Below are positions 7,694-16,562 of a stretch of DNA of 28,525 bases, piece by piece. Made by a program: the position numbers and the translations under genes. Origin of the DNA: an uncultured Dehalococcoidia bacterium (lineage in GTDB: Bacteria; Chloroflexota; Dehalococcoidia; Lucifugimonadales; GCA-2712585); contig CAYNJI010000001.1 of the NCBI GenBank assembly GCA_964397605.1, forward strand, positions 2,234 to 30,758, in the 5' to 3' direction. The first letter of the stretch is position 1, and each line of letters opens with the position of its first letter. A model generated the notes under the pieces. The model saw nothing but the letters and a program-made list of their open reading frames with translations, was not told the DNA's origin and made no database searches.

Positions 7694-10114
7694 ATGTCTA
7701 CACCTTCCTCAATATACAGCCAGCCCACGATCGTTGAGTCGCATTTTGACGCAGTGAGGGAAACCAGTCAGGAAACGCTGGAATTGCTGGAGTTTCATCT
7801 CATCCGGCAACAGCTGGCCCGCTATACGACGTTGGCCCCGGCGCGGGAATCCGTCCTTTCATTGGCGCCCTCCTCCAACTTGGAGCAGATCCGACATCGT
7901 CAGCAGGGAACCTTGGAGGCGCGGAACTTCATCGAGGAACAGGGGTCCCTCGATCTGACGGGGGTGGAGGACATTCGTGGCTTGGTGCAGCGGGCCGTTC
8001 TTACAGGCGTCCTTCGGGCCGAGCACCTGAGAGAGATTCATGACACCCTTAGGGCCTGCCGTCGCGCTCGATCCGTTCTAGCCCATCGGAGGGACCTGCC
8101 CCTCATCTCCGACTGGGCCCGCGCGATGCCGTCATTGCGAGAGTTGGAAGACCGCATAGCGGGGGCCATCGACGCCAGCGGCCTGGTCATGGACAAAGCC
8201 TCGCCCGCGCTGCGACAGCTACGGATACAAGCGGAGGAGACCCGCGCCCGTCTATCGGTGTCCATGGAGCGGGAGATGCGCCGCTTACGCCGAAGCAACG
8301 TGCTTCAGGAGCAGCTTATTACGGAGCGGAACGGCCGGCTGGTGCTTCTGGTCAAGAGTTCGCTGCGACAACGGGTGCCGGGCATAGTCCACGACGTTTC
8401 GGACAGCGGGGCGACCGCCTTCATCGAGCCTCTGGGCGCGGTGCCCCTGGGCAACCAGTGGCGAGAGGCAGCGCTTTCGGCGCGTCGGGAGGAAGAGCGC
8501 ATCCTTCGCTCCCTGTCGACACAGGTGGGGTTGCAGGGATCTCAGGTTCTGGCCTCGCTGGACCTGCTGGCCCAGATAGACTTCACCCTGGCCAAGGGGC
8601 GGCTATCCATGGCCCACGACGGAACGCCGCCCACCTTCATCGAGACAGAGGAGTCCCACCTGGGGCTGGAGGGCGCGCGGCATCCCCTGCTGGGGGAATC
8701 GGCGGTGCCCATAAACCTGACCCTGGGCGACGAGGGGCGCATTTTGCTCATTACCGGCCCCAACGCGGGCGGGAAGACCGTCGCCCTCAAGACGGCGGGC
8801 CTGCTGATGGCAATGGCGCAGGCCGGCTTGCACGTGCCGGCGGGCCGTTGCGACATGACGGTTTTCGACGCCATCTACGCCGACATCGGCGACCAGCAGA
8901 GCATCGAGCAGTCTTTATCGTCCTTCAGTTCCCACCTTCAAAACCTGGGTCGCATCATGGAGGGCGCCACCTCTCGTTCCCTTGTCCTGCTGGACGAGTT
9001 GGGGGCCAGCACCGACCCGGAGGAGGGGGCGGCCCTGGCCAAGGCGACCCTCAGCTATTTCGCCCGTGGCGGCGTGTCTTGCATAGTCACCACCCACCAT
9101 CGAGACGTGGCCGCCTTTGCCCAAGACCAACCGAGCATGGAAAACGCCAGCGTGGAGCTAGACCCGTCCACTTTTGCGCCCACCTACCGCCTGGCAATAG
9201 GGCTGCCGGGAAGGAGCTACGCCCTCACCATTGCGGAGAGAATGGGCATCGACGAAGCAACGGTGAAACACGCCCGTTCCCTGCTTTCGGAGGACCACCG
9301 GCGGGCCGAGGAGCTGCTGCGCGAGCTGGAGGAGGAGCGCTCCCTTGCGGAACGTCATCGAAAAGCGGCCCAGCAAGAGGCGAGACAGGCGCACGTTCAG
9401 CGGCGTGAGTTGGAGAAGCGGTTGGACGCGCTGGAGACCGAGAAAGCGGTGATTCTGGAGGAGGCTCGGCAGGAAATTCAGTCTAAAGCCGACGATTTAT
9501 GGAAGCGGCTCCGCCGCGCCGAGCGGGCCCTGACCCGGCCGGACTGGAAGCGGGGGCTGAAGGACGAGCGGGTCGACGTGGCGCAGGTGCGGAGCCAGAT
9601 CCGGTCATCACTTGCGCCGCCGTCGGAAGTCAAGGCGAAGGCCAACCCGAGGCGTTGGGTCGAAGGGTTGAAGCGGGGTGACTTCGTCTACGTGCGGGGC
9701 CTTCCCAATGCGGCGGAGGTGCTGGAGCCTCCGAAGAACAGTGGCAATCTGGAGCTTCTTATGGGGTCGGTGCGGGCCAGCATCCCGTCGCACCAGATTG
9801 AGGGGAAGGCCCAGACGCCGCAGCCGCTGCGAATGCCAGAGGGGGTGTCCCTCTCCCGTGCGCCGACTGGCCCCGTGAGAACGGAGTTGGACCTTCGGGG
9901 CATGCGGGTGGAAGAGGCAGAGGGACAGCTTGAGACGTTTCTGGACCAGGCGTTGATGAAGGGCCTCTCGTCGGTGCGAATCGTGCACGGCGGAGGGACC
10001 GGCGCGCTCCGTTCCCTTGTTCGGGAGCGGCTTAAGGGGCATCCGGTGGTAAAGGCGGTGCGCCCCGAATCCGTTGGCCTCACCGACGGGGCGACGTTGG
10101 TGGAGTTGGTGTGA
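7694..10114 (+). CDS. mutS2: Endonuclease MutS2 / ribosome-collision splitting factor with C-terminal Smr domain
   Basis: TLELLEF N-terminus; VHDVSDSGATAFIEP; Walker A ITGPNAGGKT; DIGDQQSIEQSLSSFSSH; LLDELGASTDPEEG; coiled coil; KOW-like region; Smr LDLRGMRVEEA...IVHGGGTGALR. The start is uncertain (track 7625). Confidence 0.95.
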   Translation: MSTPSSIYSQPTIVESHFDAVRETSQETLELLEFHLIRQQLARYTTLAPARESVLSLAPSSNLEQIRHRQQGTLEARNFIEEQGSLDLTGVEDIRGLVQRAVLTGVLRAEHLREIHDTLRACRRARSVLAHRRDLPLISDWARAMPSLRELEDRIAGAIDASGLVMDKASPALRQLRIQAEETRARLSVSMEREMRRLRRSNVLQEQLITERNGRLVLLVKSSLRQRVPGIVHDVSDSGATAFIEPLGAVPLGNQWREAALSARREEERILRSLSTQVGLQGSQVLASLDLLAQIDFTLAKGRLSMAHDGTPPTFIETEESHLGLEGARHPLLGESAVPINLTLGDEGRILLITGPNAGGKTVALKTAGLLMAMAQAGLHVPAGRCDMTVFDAIYADIGDQQSIEQSLSSFSSHLQNLGRIMEGATSRSLVLLDELGASTDPEEGAALAKATLSYFARGGVSCIVTTHHRDVAAFAQDQPSMENASVELDPSTFAPTYRLAIGLPGRSYALTIAERMGIDEATVKHARSLLSEDHRRAEELLRELEEERSLAERHRKAAQQEARQAHVQRRELEKRLDALETEKAVILEEARQEIQSKADDLWKRLRRAERALTRPDWKRGLKDERVDVAQVRSQIRSSLAPPSEVKAKANPRRWVEGLKRGDFVYVRGLPNAAEVLEPPKNSGNLELLMGSVRASIPSHQIEGKAQTPQPLRMPEGVSLSRAPTGPVRTELDLRGMRVEEAEGQLETFLDQALMKGLSSVRIVHGGGTGALRSLVRERLKGHPVVKAVRPESVGLTDGATLVELV

Positions 10115-10136
10115 CCGGTGGAGAGAGATTAGGGTG

Positions 10137-11366
10137 ATGCGAGGCGTGCAGCAGATAATGGCAGGCGTGGCAGCGGCGGTCCTATTGGGCGTGATCCTTG
10201 GGTGCGCTCGGCCCGACACACCCACGTCGACGCCCCAGCCCTCTCCGGGGACGATGCAGCCCGCCGCGCCGCCATCGCCGGTCGCCCCACGGCCTACTTC
10301 GCCTTCCTACGAGCAGGGCGTGCAGGCGGTGGCGGAGCTGGTAGCCAAGGAACTAAAGGCGCCCTGGGCTTTGGCATTCGTCCCCGACGGCCGGATCTTC
10401 ATCACGGAGAAGGAGGGCAACATCCGCGTCGTCGTCGAGGGCGAACTACAGGATGCGCCTTATCTCACCATTGAGGAGGTGGCCCCGGAGGGTGAGGGCG
10501 GGCTGCTGGGGGTGGCCGTTGACCCGAACTTCTCCATTAATGGTTACTTCTACGTCTACTATACCTATAAGGAAAGCAACGGCAGTCTTGCGAACCGGGT
10601 GGTGCGATGGCAAGACGCTGGACAGACGGCAGGGAATCCTACGGTTATCCTGGACGGGATTCCCGGCAATCGCATCCACAACGGGGGCCGCCTGAAGTTC
10701 GGACCCGACGGGAAGCTATACGTCACGACCGGAGACGCGGCTTCCAGCCCGCTGGCCCAGGACATGAGGTCCTTGGCAGGGAAGATTCTAAGAATAAACG
10801 GCGACGGCACTGTTCCTGCGGACAATCCCTTCCCTGGCTCACTGGTCTATTCCTACGGGCACCGGAACCCCCAGGGGCTGGCGTGGCACCCGGAAACTGG
10901 CGCACTCTTCGCTACAGAGCACGGGCCCGTGGGCAACGACGAGGTGAATCTCATCGTAGCAGGCGGCAATTACGGCTGGCCGGAGGTTGGGGGCGATGAG
11001 ACCGGCGAAGGGTTCATACCGCCGGTCCTTCATAGTGGTATCGAGACGTGGGCGCCGTCGGGCGCCGCCTTCTACGACGGGGACATGATGCAGGCCTACT
11101 GGAAGGGACGTCTGCTCTTCGCCGCCCTTCGGGGACAGCGCATTGTTTGGGTGGAATTCCGCCCGGAGGAGTTCGTGCAAGTACAGGAGCAGGACTCTCT
11201 GTTCGTCCGACAGCAAGGGCGAATTCGTGACGTGGTCCTGGGGCCGGACGGGTATCTCTATTTCCTTACCAATAACCTGGATGGTCGTGGGAGGCCCCGC
11301 GAGGGGGACGACCTGCTGCTAAGAATCGCGCCGGTAGCGGGAATACTGAGCATGCGTGTGCCTTAG
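10137..11366 (+). CDS. PQQ-dependent sugar dehydrogenase (GSDH/YliI family), probable lipoprotein
   Basis: Signal peptide ending in the ILGC lipobox; Pro-rich linker; PWALAFVPDG, GEGGLLG, HNGGRLKFGPDGKLY, YGHRNPQG and GRIRDV beta-propeller motifs. Confidence 0.9.
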   Translation: MRGVQQIMAGVAAAVLLGVILGCARPDTPTSTPQPSPGTMQPAAPPSPVAPRPTSPSYEQGVQAVAELVAKELKAPWALAFVPDGRIFITEKEGNIRVVVEGELQDAPYLTIEEVAPEGEGGLLGVAVDPNFSINGYFYVYYTYKESNGSLANRVVRWQDAGQTAGNPTVILDGIPGNRIHNGGRLKFGPDGKLYVTTGDAASSPLAQDMRSLAGKILRINGDGTVPADNPFPGSLVYSYGHRNPQGLAWHPETGALFATEHGPVGNDEVNLIVAGGNYGWPEVGGDETGEGFIPPVLHSGIETWAPSGAAFYDGDMMQAYWKGRLLFAALRGQRIVWVEFRPEEFVQVQEQDSLFVRQQGRIRDVVLGPDGYLYFLTNNLDGRGRPREGDDLLLRIAPVAGILSMRVP

Positions 11367-11420
11367 GGTACAATAGCGGCAGCAAAGGCCGCTGGGCTTA
11401 GACGAACAGAAGGACGCGCA

Positions 11421-13241
11421 ATGAAGATAGCCGTTTGCATCAAGCAGGTGCCCACCCTCTCCCGCATCGAGTTTGACTACGAGAAGAAGACAATCCTTCG
11501 AGACGGGGTTCCCCTGGAGATGAACGTCTTCGACCTCATCGCACTAGGGCGGGCCATTGAGTTGAAGGAGGAGTTCGGCGGGGAGGTGACGGCTATCACC
11601 ATGGGGCCGCCCCAGGCCAAAGAGGCGCTAGCCCATGCCTTGGCCGTCGGCGCAGACCACGGCGTCATCATCTCTGACCCGGTCATGGCAGGCTCCGATA
11701 CCCTGGCCACCTCACGCACCCTGGCCCTGGCGCTGAAAGACCGGGGCTTCGATCTCATCATGTGCGGCAGAAACAGCACCGACGCCGAGACCGGACAGGT
11801 CGGGCCGGAGCTGGCGGAAATTCTGGGCATCCCTCACGTCAGCCGGGCTCGGCGGCTGGAATACCAGGCCGAGTCCAACAGCGTGATAGTGGAGCGGGAG
11901 ACGGACGAAGGACATGAGATTCTGGAGATGTCCTTACCCGCCCTGGTCACAGCCACGGAGGGTTTGAGCGAGGAACGATGGGCGCGCCGCCGGCTGCTGG
12001 TTGAGGCCAGGAAGCGACCGGTTGAAGAGATAGGGGCCGGTCAGCTTTCGGAGGACGTGTCCATCTTTGGCGCGGAGGGTTCTCCCACCTGGGTAGCGGA
12101 CATCCGCTTTCTTGAACCCCAGCGATTGGGGGTGGTGATTGAAGATTCCGACCCGGAAGCAGCGGCCCAGGCCGTAATGGAGGGGCTTAGAAACCGTCCC
12201 GACGTAGTCGAAGAAGACGCGCCGTCTGAATCGGGGTGGCAGAGATACCCCGGAGGGCAGGGAAACACCCTCTGGGTGGTGGCGGAGAGGTCGGCAGATG
12301 GGCTTCGCCGGGCGACGCTAGAGAATCTGGGCAAGGCCAGAGGGCTGGCCGAGGAGCTGCATGGTGAAGTTGTCGCCGTGTTGGTGGAGGACTTCGACAC
12401 GGATGATATTGTGAAGCTGGCCCGCTACGGCGCCGACTTTATTCTGGACCTGTCTGCCCGCGACTATCGTCACCCAACTAGCCCGCTGACTGCTTCGACC
12501 CTCGATCGGGTCATAAGGGAAAGAAAACCTTACGCCGTGCTGTTTTCCTCCACTGCCAACGGTCGGGACCTGGCCTCTCGGGTTGCCGCCCGCCTCTCCC
12601 TCGGCCTCACCGGCGATTGCATTGACCTGGAGTTAGACGAGGAAGGACGGCTGGTGCAGTTGAAGCCCGCCCTGGGCGGCAACGTGGTGGCGCCCATCCT
12701 GTCGAAGGTCAAGCCCTACCTGGTCACCCTGCGTCCGGGCTTGCTCACGCCCGTCATGCCTGAGGACGACCCCGTAGTTACATTGGAATCCCCTCCTTAC
12801 TGCGTAGAAGGGCCGGACCCGCTGCGCCTGGTGGAAAGCCGGGTCGAGGAGGACGCCAGCGGGTTGGAGTTGGAGCGGGCGGAGGTTGTCATCGGTGTGG
12901 GCATGGGCATCGGCGGCCCGGAGTCGCTGCCCAAGATTCGAGAGCTGGCGGGACGTTTGGGCGCGTCGGTAGCGGCCAGTCGCAGCGTCACTGACGCCGG
13001 CTGGTTGCCGAAACAGCTGCAGGTGGGTCTCACGGGCCGGGCCATAGCGCCCAGGCTCTACATAGCCGTTGGCCTTCGGGGCGACTTCAATCACATTGTC
13101 GGAATCCAGAAAGCGGGTACGGTAGTGGGCATAAACACCAACCGGCGGCATCCAATCTTTCAGGCCGCCGACTTCGGCATCGTCGGTTCGTGGGAGGAAT
13201 ACCTGCCAGCCCTTGTTAAGGCGCTGGTCCGCGAGGACTAA
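11421..13241 (+). CDS. Fused electron transfer flavoprotein (EtfB-EtfA / FixA-FixB in one chain)
   Basis: The N-half has VCIKQVP, GSDTLATS and CGRNSTDAETGQVGPE (EtfB). The C-half has LTGDC, KPALGG, ASRSVTDAGW and QVGLTG..IAPRLYIAVG (EtfA). One uninterrupted 606-aa frame. Confidence 0.92.
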   Translation: MKIAVCIKQVPTLSRIEFDYEKKTILRDGVPLEMNVFDLIALGRAIELKEEFGGEVTAITMGPPQAKEALAHALAVGADHGVIISDPVMAGSDTLATSRTLALALKDRGFDLIMCGRNSTDAETGQVGPELAEILGIPHVSRARRLEYQAESNSVIVERETDEGHEILEMSLPALVTATEGLSEERWARRRLLVEARKRPVEEIGAGQLSEDVSIFGAEGSPTWVADIRFLEPQRLGVVIEDSDPEAAAQAVMEGLRNRPDVVEEDAPSESGWQRYPGGQGNTLWVVAERSADGLRRATLENLGKARGLAEELHGEVVAVLVEDFDTDDIVKLARYGADFILDLSARDYRHPTSPLTASTLDRVIRERKPYAVLFSSTANGRDLASRVAARLSLGLTGDCIDLELDEEGRLVQLKPALGGNVVAPILSKVKPYLVTLRPGLLTPVMPEDDPVVTLESPPYCVEGPDPLRLVESRVEEDASGLELERAEVVIGVGMGIGGPESLPKIRELAGRLGASVAASRSVTDAGWLPKQLQVGLTGRAIAPRLYIAVGLRGDFNHIVGIQKAGTVVGINTNRRHPIFQAADFGIVGSWEEYLPALVKALVRED

Positions 13242-14104
13242 CGGGCGAGGCGGCGCAGGAACATGGTGGTTAGGTCTACGAAGATCACCAGCAGCAGATA
13301 CCATATCAGCAGCAGCGCCACGTCGGTATACCGGAACAGGCTCATATCCAGCAGAAACTCCCGTCCCAGCCCTCCGGCGCTGACCAGCCCGACAACCACG
13401 GTGGTTCGGATGACCACTTCCCACCGGTACAGCAGGTAGGTAAGAAACTGGGGCAGCGCCTGGGGCAGAATGCCGTAAGCCAGCATCTGGAAGACGCTGG
13501 AGCCGGAGGTCCGCAGGGCGCGGGCGGACCGGGGGTCCAGGTCTTCCACCACCTCGGCAGAGAGCTTGCCTAGGATGCCGTAGTTGTGGATGCCGAGGGC
13601 GAGGGCGCCGGCCAGTATGCCGGGGCTGAAGGCGAAGACGACTATCATGGCGATTATTAGCTCCGGTATGCCACGGCTGAAGATGAAGAGCGCCCGTAGC
13701 AAATAGTAGAGTGCCCTTGACGGCAGCGAGGCGGAGGAAGCGAGTTCTCCCGTGGCCACGTTGCGAGCGGCGGGCAGGAAGGTCAGCAGCGCGGCAACGC
13801 CCGCTATGGCCATGGCTAATACGCTCATGGCGAGGGTGTCGTAGGCCAGCCCACCCGCTTCCTTCCACTTGTCCCACTGCAGAAAGGCCGGCGTTCCTTC
13901 GCTTCCCGAACCCGCCAACCGCCCCAGAAAAGCCCCGGCCTGCCGCCACGTTTCGGCCTGAAACATCTCCCGTAAGCCGCCGTCGGGGTCGAGAAGCAGA
14001 TAGGCCCAGGAGGCGCAGGCTAGGGCCACGAAAGCCGCCAGCGACACCCACAACGGGTTGAGCCGGAGCCTTCGGCGTGTAGCTGTATCTCTCCGCAAGC
14101 TCAC
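13238..14104 (-). CDS. ABC transporter permease, PhnE/PtxC family
   Basis: SRGIPELI, GILGKLSAEVVEDLD..ARALRTSG (EAA-like), YRWEVVIR...VGLVSAGGLG. Confidence 0.9.
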   Translation of the reverse strand: MSLRRDTATRRRLRLNPLWVSLAAFVALACASWAYLLLDPDGGLREMFQAETWRQAGAFLGRLAGSGSEGTPAFLQWDKWKEAGGLAYDTLAMSVLAMAIAGVAALLTFLPAARNVATGELASSASLPSRALYYLLRALFIFSRGIPELIIAMIVVFAFSPGILAGALALGIHNYGILGKLSAEVVEDLDPRSARALRTSGSSVFQMLAYGILPQALPQFLTYLLYRWEVVIRTTVVVGLVSAGGLGREFLLDMSLFRYTDVALLLIWYLLLVIFVDLTTMFLRRLAR

Positions 14105-14937
14105 GACGTGAGATACCTCCTAACCCAGGAACTCCAGAGGTCGACCAGCAGGACCAGCGCCACCATCGCGTAGAGCAGCGTCCAGACCTCAGGATAGTAG
14201 AGGTCCGACAGGGACAGCTGTATCTGCATACCCAGCCCGCCGACGCCAACGAATCCCATGATTGCGGCGGAGCGGATGGCGCATTCGAAGCGGTAGAAGG
14301 TGTAACTGAGCATATCCGGCAGGGCCATGGGCAGCCGTCCATAGAGAAGGATCTTGGCTTCCGATGCGCCGGAAGCCCGGAGGGCGCGGAGGGGGGCGGC
14401 TGGTACGTCGTTGAGGATATCGGCGTAGATTCTCCCTAGGATGCCGGCGTAGGGGATGGCCAAGGCCAGGATGGCTGCAGCCGGGAAGAGGCCGACGGCG
14501 GCAACGAAAAACCAGGCCCAAATCAGCTCGTGAACGGAGCGCATGGCGCCCAGGAGAAACCGGAAGCCTGCCACACCGGAGATTTTCGCGCGTGAGTTGC
14601 GGGTCAGAACGCCGGAGGCGAGAACGCCCAATGGCAGACCGAGAGCCACGGCGAGGCAGATTCCAGCTACGGCGTAGGCGACAGTCTTCCAAGCAGAACT
14701 AATTGTAAGGGTGAGGAATTCGCCGGACAGCTCCGGGCTGATGGCGGCTTGGAAGAACTGGCCGATGGACGCCAGTCCGCCGGGGTGCACCGGCGAGCTC
14801 CCCCACTGAAGCGAGGTGAGGCTCCAGAGGAAGGCGACCGCCAAGAGCAGGGTGAGGAATCCTCGCCCCCGGAAGAAGCTACCGTCCCGGTTACGGGCGG
14901 ACTGGGGCGAGGTTGTAGAGGCGGTTGAGGGCCTCAT
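14101..14937 (-). CDS. ABC transporter permease, PhnE/PtxC family
   Basis: RSVHELIWA, GILGRIYADIL, ALRASGAS, YRFECAIRSAAIMGFVGVGGLG. Confidence 0.9.
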   Translation of the reverse strand: MRPSTASTTSPQSARNRDGSFFRGRGFLTLLLAVAFLWSLTSLQWGSSPVHPGGLASIGQFFQAAISPELSGEFLTLTISSAWKTVAYAVAGICLAVALGLPLGVLASGVLTRNSRAKISGVAGFRFLLGAMRSVHELIWAWFFVAAVGLFPAAAILALAIPYAGILGRIYADILNDVPAAPLRALRASGASEAKILLYGRLPMALPDMLSYTFYRFECAIRSAAIMGFVGVGGLGMQIQLSLSDLYYPEVWTLLYAMVALVLLVDLWSSWVRRYLTS

Positions 14938-15661
14938 CCGTCAGCTGCTCCACTGGCAGGTCGAACTCCAGATTTCCCTTTCGGAGACCGATGGCTCGGG
15001 AGAAGTATTTTCGCGTCAGGTGGGTGGAATGGACGCTGGCAATGAGAGTCTTGTTGGTCTCCGTAACGATGGACACCAGCAGATGCATCAGGTCCTCGGC
15101 GCGGGCCGGGTCCAGGGAGGCCACAGGCTCGTCCGCCAGCACCACCCTCGACTGCTGGGCCAGCAGCCGAGCCATGGCGACTCGCTGCTGCTCGCCGCCG
15201 GAGAGGTGGGACGTCCTTTCGTGCAGTTTCTCTGGAATCCCTACCCGCTCCAGCGCTCGCTCGACCATCTCCCGTTCGCGCAGGGAGACCAGGGATAGGA
15301 GGGACTTCCACAGGCTCCATCGCCCTAGCCGTCCGGCCAGCACGTTGTGTACCACGGAAAGCTGGGGCACCAGGTCCAGCTGTTGGTGCATCATTCCCAC
15401 CAGTTCGGCCAGCTTGGGGCCGGCGCTCATGGTCGTGAGGGGCTGTCCGGCCAAGAGCACCTGTCCCTCGTTGGGCTGCTCCATGCTTGCGATGAGATGA
15501 AGCAGGGTGGTCTTGCCGCTGCCGCTAGGTCCCAGCACTGCCACCCGTTCACCCTCATTGATCTCCAGGGAGAGAGACGAGAGGGCGGCTTCGCCATTGT
15601 ACCGCTTGGACACCCCTTCCAGGCGGACTATGGGAAAAGGACTCTGGCCGTTGCGCGTCAT
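14891..15661 (-). CDS. ABC transporter ATP-binding protein, PhnC family
   Basis: Walker A GPSGSGKTT, HNVLAGRLG, signature LSGGEQQRV, Walker B ADEPVASLDP. Confidence 0.93.
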   Translation of the reverse strand: MTRNGQSPFPIVRLEGVSKRYNGEAALSSLSLEINEGERVAVLGPSGSGKTTLLHLIASMEQPNEGQVLLAGQPLTTMSAGPKLAELVGMMHQQLDLVPQLSVVHNVLAGRLGRWSLWKSLLSLVSLREREMVERALERVGIPEKLHERTSHLSGGEQQRVAMARLLAQQSRVVLADEPVASLDPARAEDLMHLLVSIVTETNKTLIASVHSTHLTRKYFSRAIGLRKGNLEFDLPVEQLTDEALNRLYNLAPVRP

Positions 15662-15662
15662 G

Positions 15663-16562
15663 CTACTCCAGCATCCCCAGGGACTTGGCCACGGACTCTA
15701 TGTCGGCGTAGTTTTCGTTCTTGGAAGTGATGAAAGAATCTGTTCGGAAGGCTTCGAGGAGGTCGGACTGGCTTGAATCGAGGTGCATGTTCAAAAGGGC
15801 GTCCTGAAGCCTCTGGGTGAACCCTACGCCGAAAGACTCATCCAAATCTCCCCGAGCCGACCAGTTGTAGTCGAAATAGGGCGGTGTGACGGACATCTGC
15901 CGCACCTTTGAGACATCGATCCTATTACCGGAAACGGCGTTTTCCCATACGGTCTTGTTGAGGGCGCCGGCCTGGAAGGAGCCGGACTCCACCAGCTTCC
16001 AGGTAGTGTTATGGGAACCCGAGAAATTGGGCAGGCCGTTGAAGTCTGAGTCCGGGTCGATGCCCGCTTGGACCAGATAGCGTCGCGGCATGAGGTGACC
16101 GGAGGTGGAGTTAATGCTGCCGAAGGTAAAGGTCAGGCCGGCCAAGTCCTGTAGTTCCTGGGCGGGGAGGTCGGATTGAACGATGTAGGCGGAGACGAAC
16201 TCGGTATCCCTGGGACGTTGGGCGATGGCCTTTGCGCCGGGGGATTGCTTGCGGGCCTGCACCCCCGTGAGTCCACCGAACCAGGCGAGATGGAGGTCTC
16301 CGTTAGCGAAGGCGGTGACTACGGCGGCGTAGTCGATGCTGGCCTTGTATTTTACGGACACGCCCAGCTTGTCGCTAAGATAGTGGGCCAAGCCGTCGAA
16401 GCGGCGCACTAGCAGGGAAGTCTCCTGGTCGGGAATGCCGCCGATGTATAGAGTTTCCGGGGTATCCCCGTTGCCGCCGGCGCAGGCAGATGAGAATGCC
16501 AGCGCCAATAGCAGAATTGGCGCGATGAACGTGAGCTTCCAGTTGTGGGTAGGAACTACCAT
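15663..16562 (-). CDS. PhnD-superfamily substrate-binding lipoprotein, 'putative selenate ABC transporter' clade
   Basis: Lipobox FSSAC. The motifs GIPDQ, DYAAVVTAF..GDLHLAWFGGLTGVQAR, TFGSINSTSGHLMP, FSGSH and AGALN..VW resemble, from memory, the TIGR04553 clade described near selD. The substrate is not proven. Confidence 0.85.
   Translation of the reverse strand: MVVPTHNWKLTFIAPILLLALAFSSACAGGNGDTPETLYIGGIPDQETSLLVRRFDGLAHYLSDKLGVSVKYKASIDYAAVVTAFANGDLHLAWFGGLTGVQARKQSPGAKAIAQRPRDTEFVSAYIVQSDLPAQELQDLAGLTFTFGSINSTSGHLMPRRYLVQAGIDPDSDFNGLPNFSGSHNTTWKLVESGSFQAGALNKTVWENAVSGNRIDVSKVRQMSVTPPYFDYNWSARGDLDESFGVGFTQRLQDALLNMHLDSSQSDLLEAFRTDSFITSKNENYADIESVAKSLGMLE

Noticed and set aside
6149-14342. 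Long alternative-frame ORFs (e.g. 6149-7063, 8458-9408, 9608-10225, 12633-14342), and similar ones elsewhere such as 583-1215 and 1643-2290
   Set aside because: These are Arg/Pro/Gly-rich shadow frames of well-supported genes, as expected in high-GC DNA, with no motifs.
13238-16562. Gene symbols phnCDE (phosphonate uptake)
   Set aside because: There are no C-P lyase or phosphonatase genes nearby, and the binding protein resembles the selenium-associated clade. The substrate is unproven, so no symbol is given.
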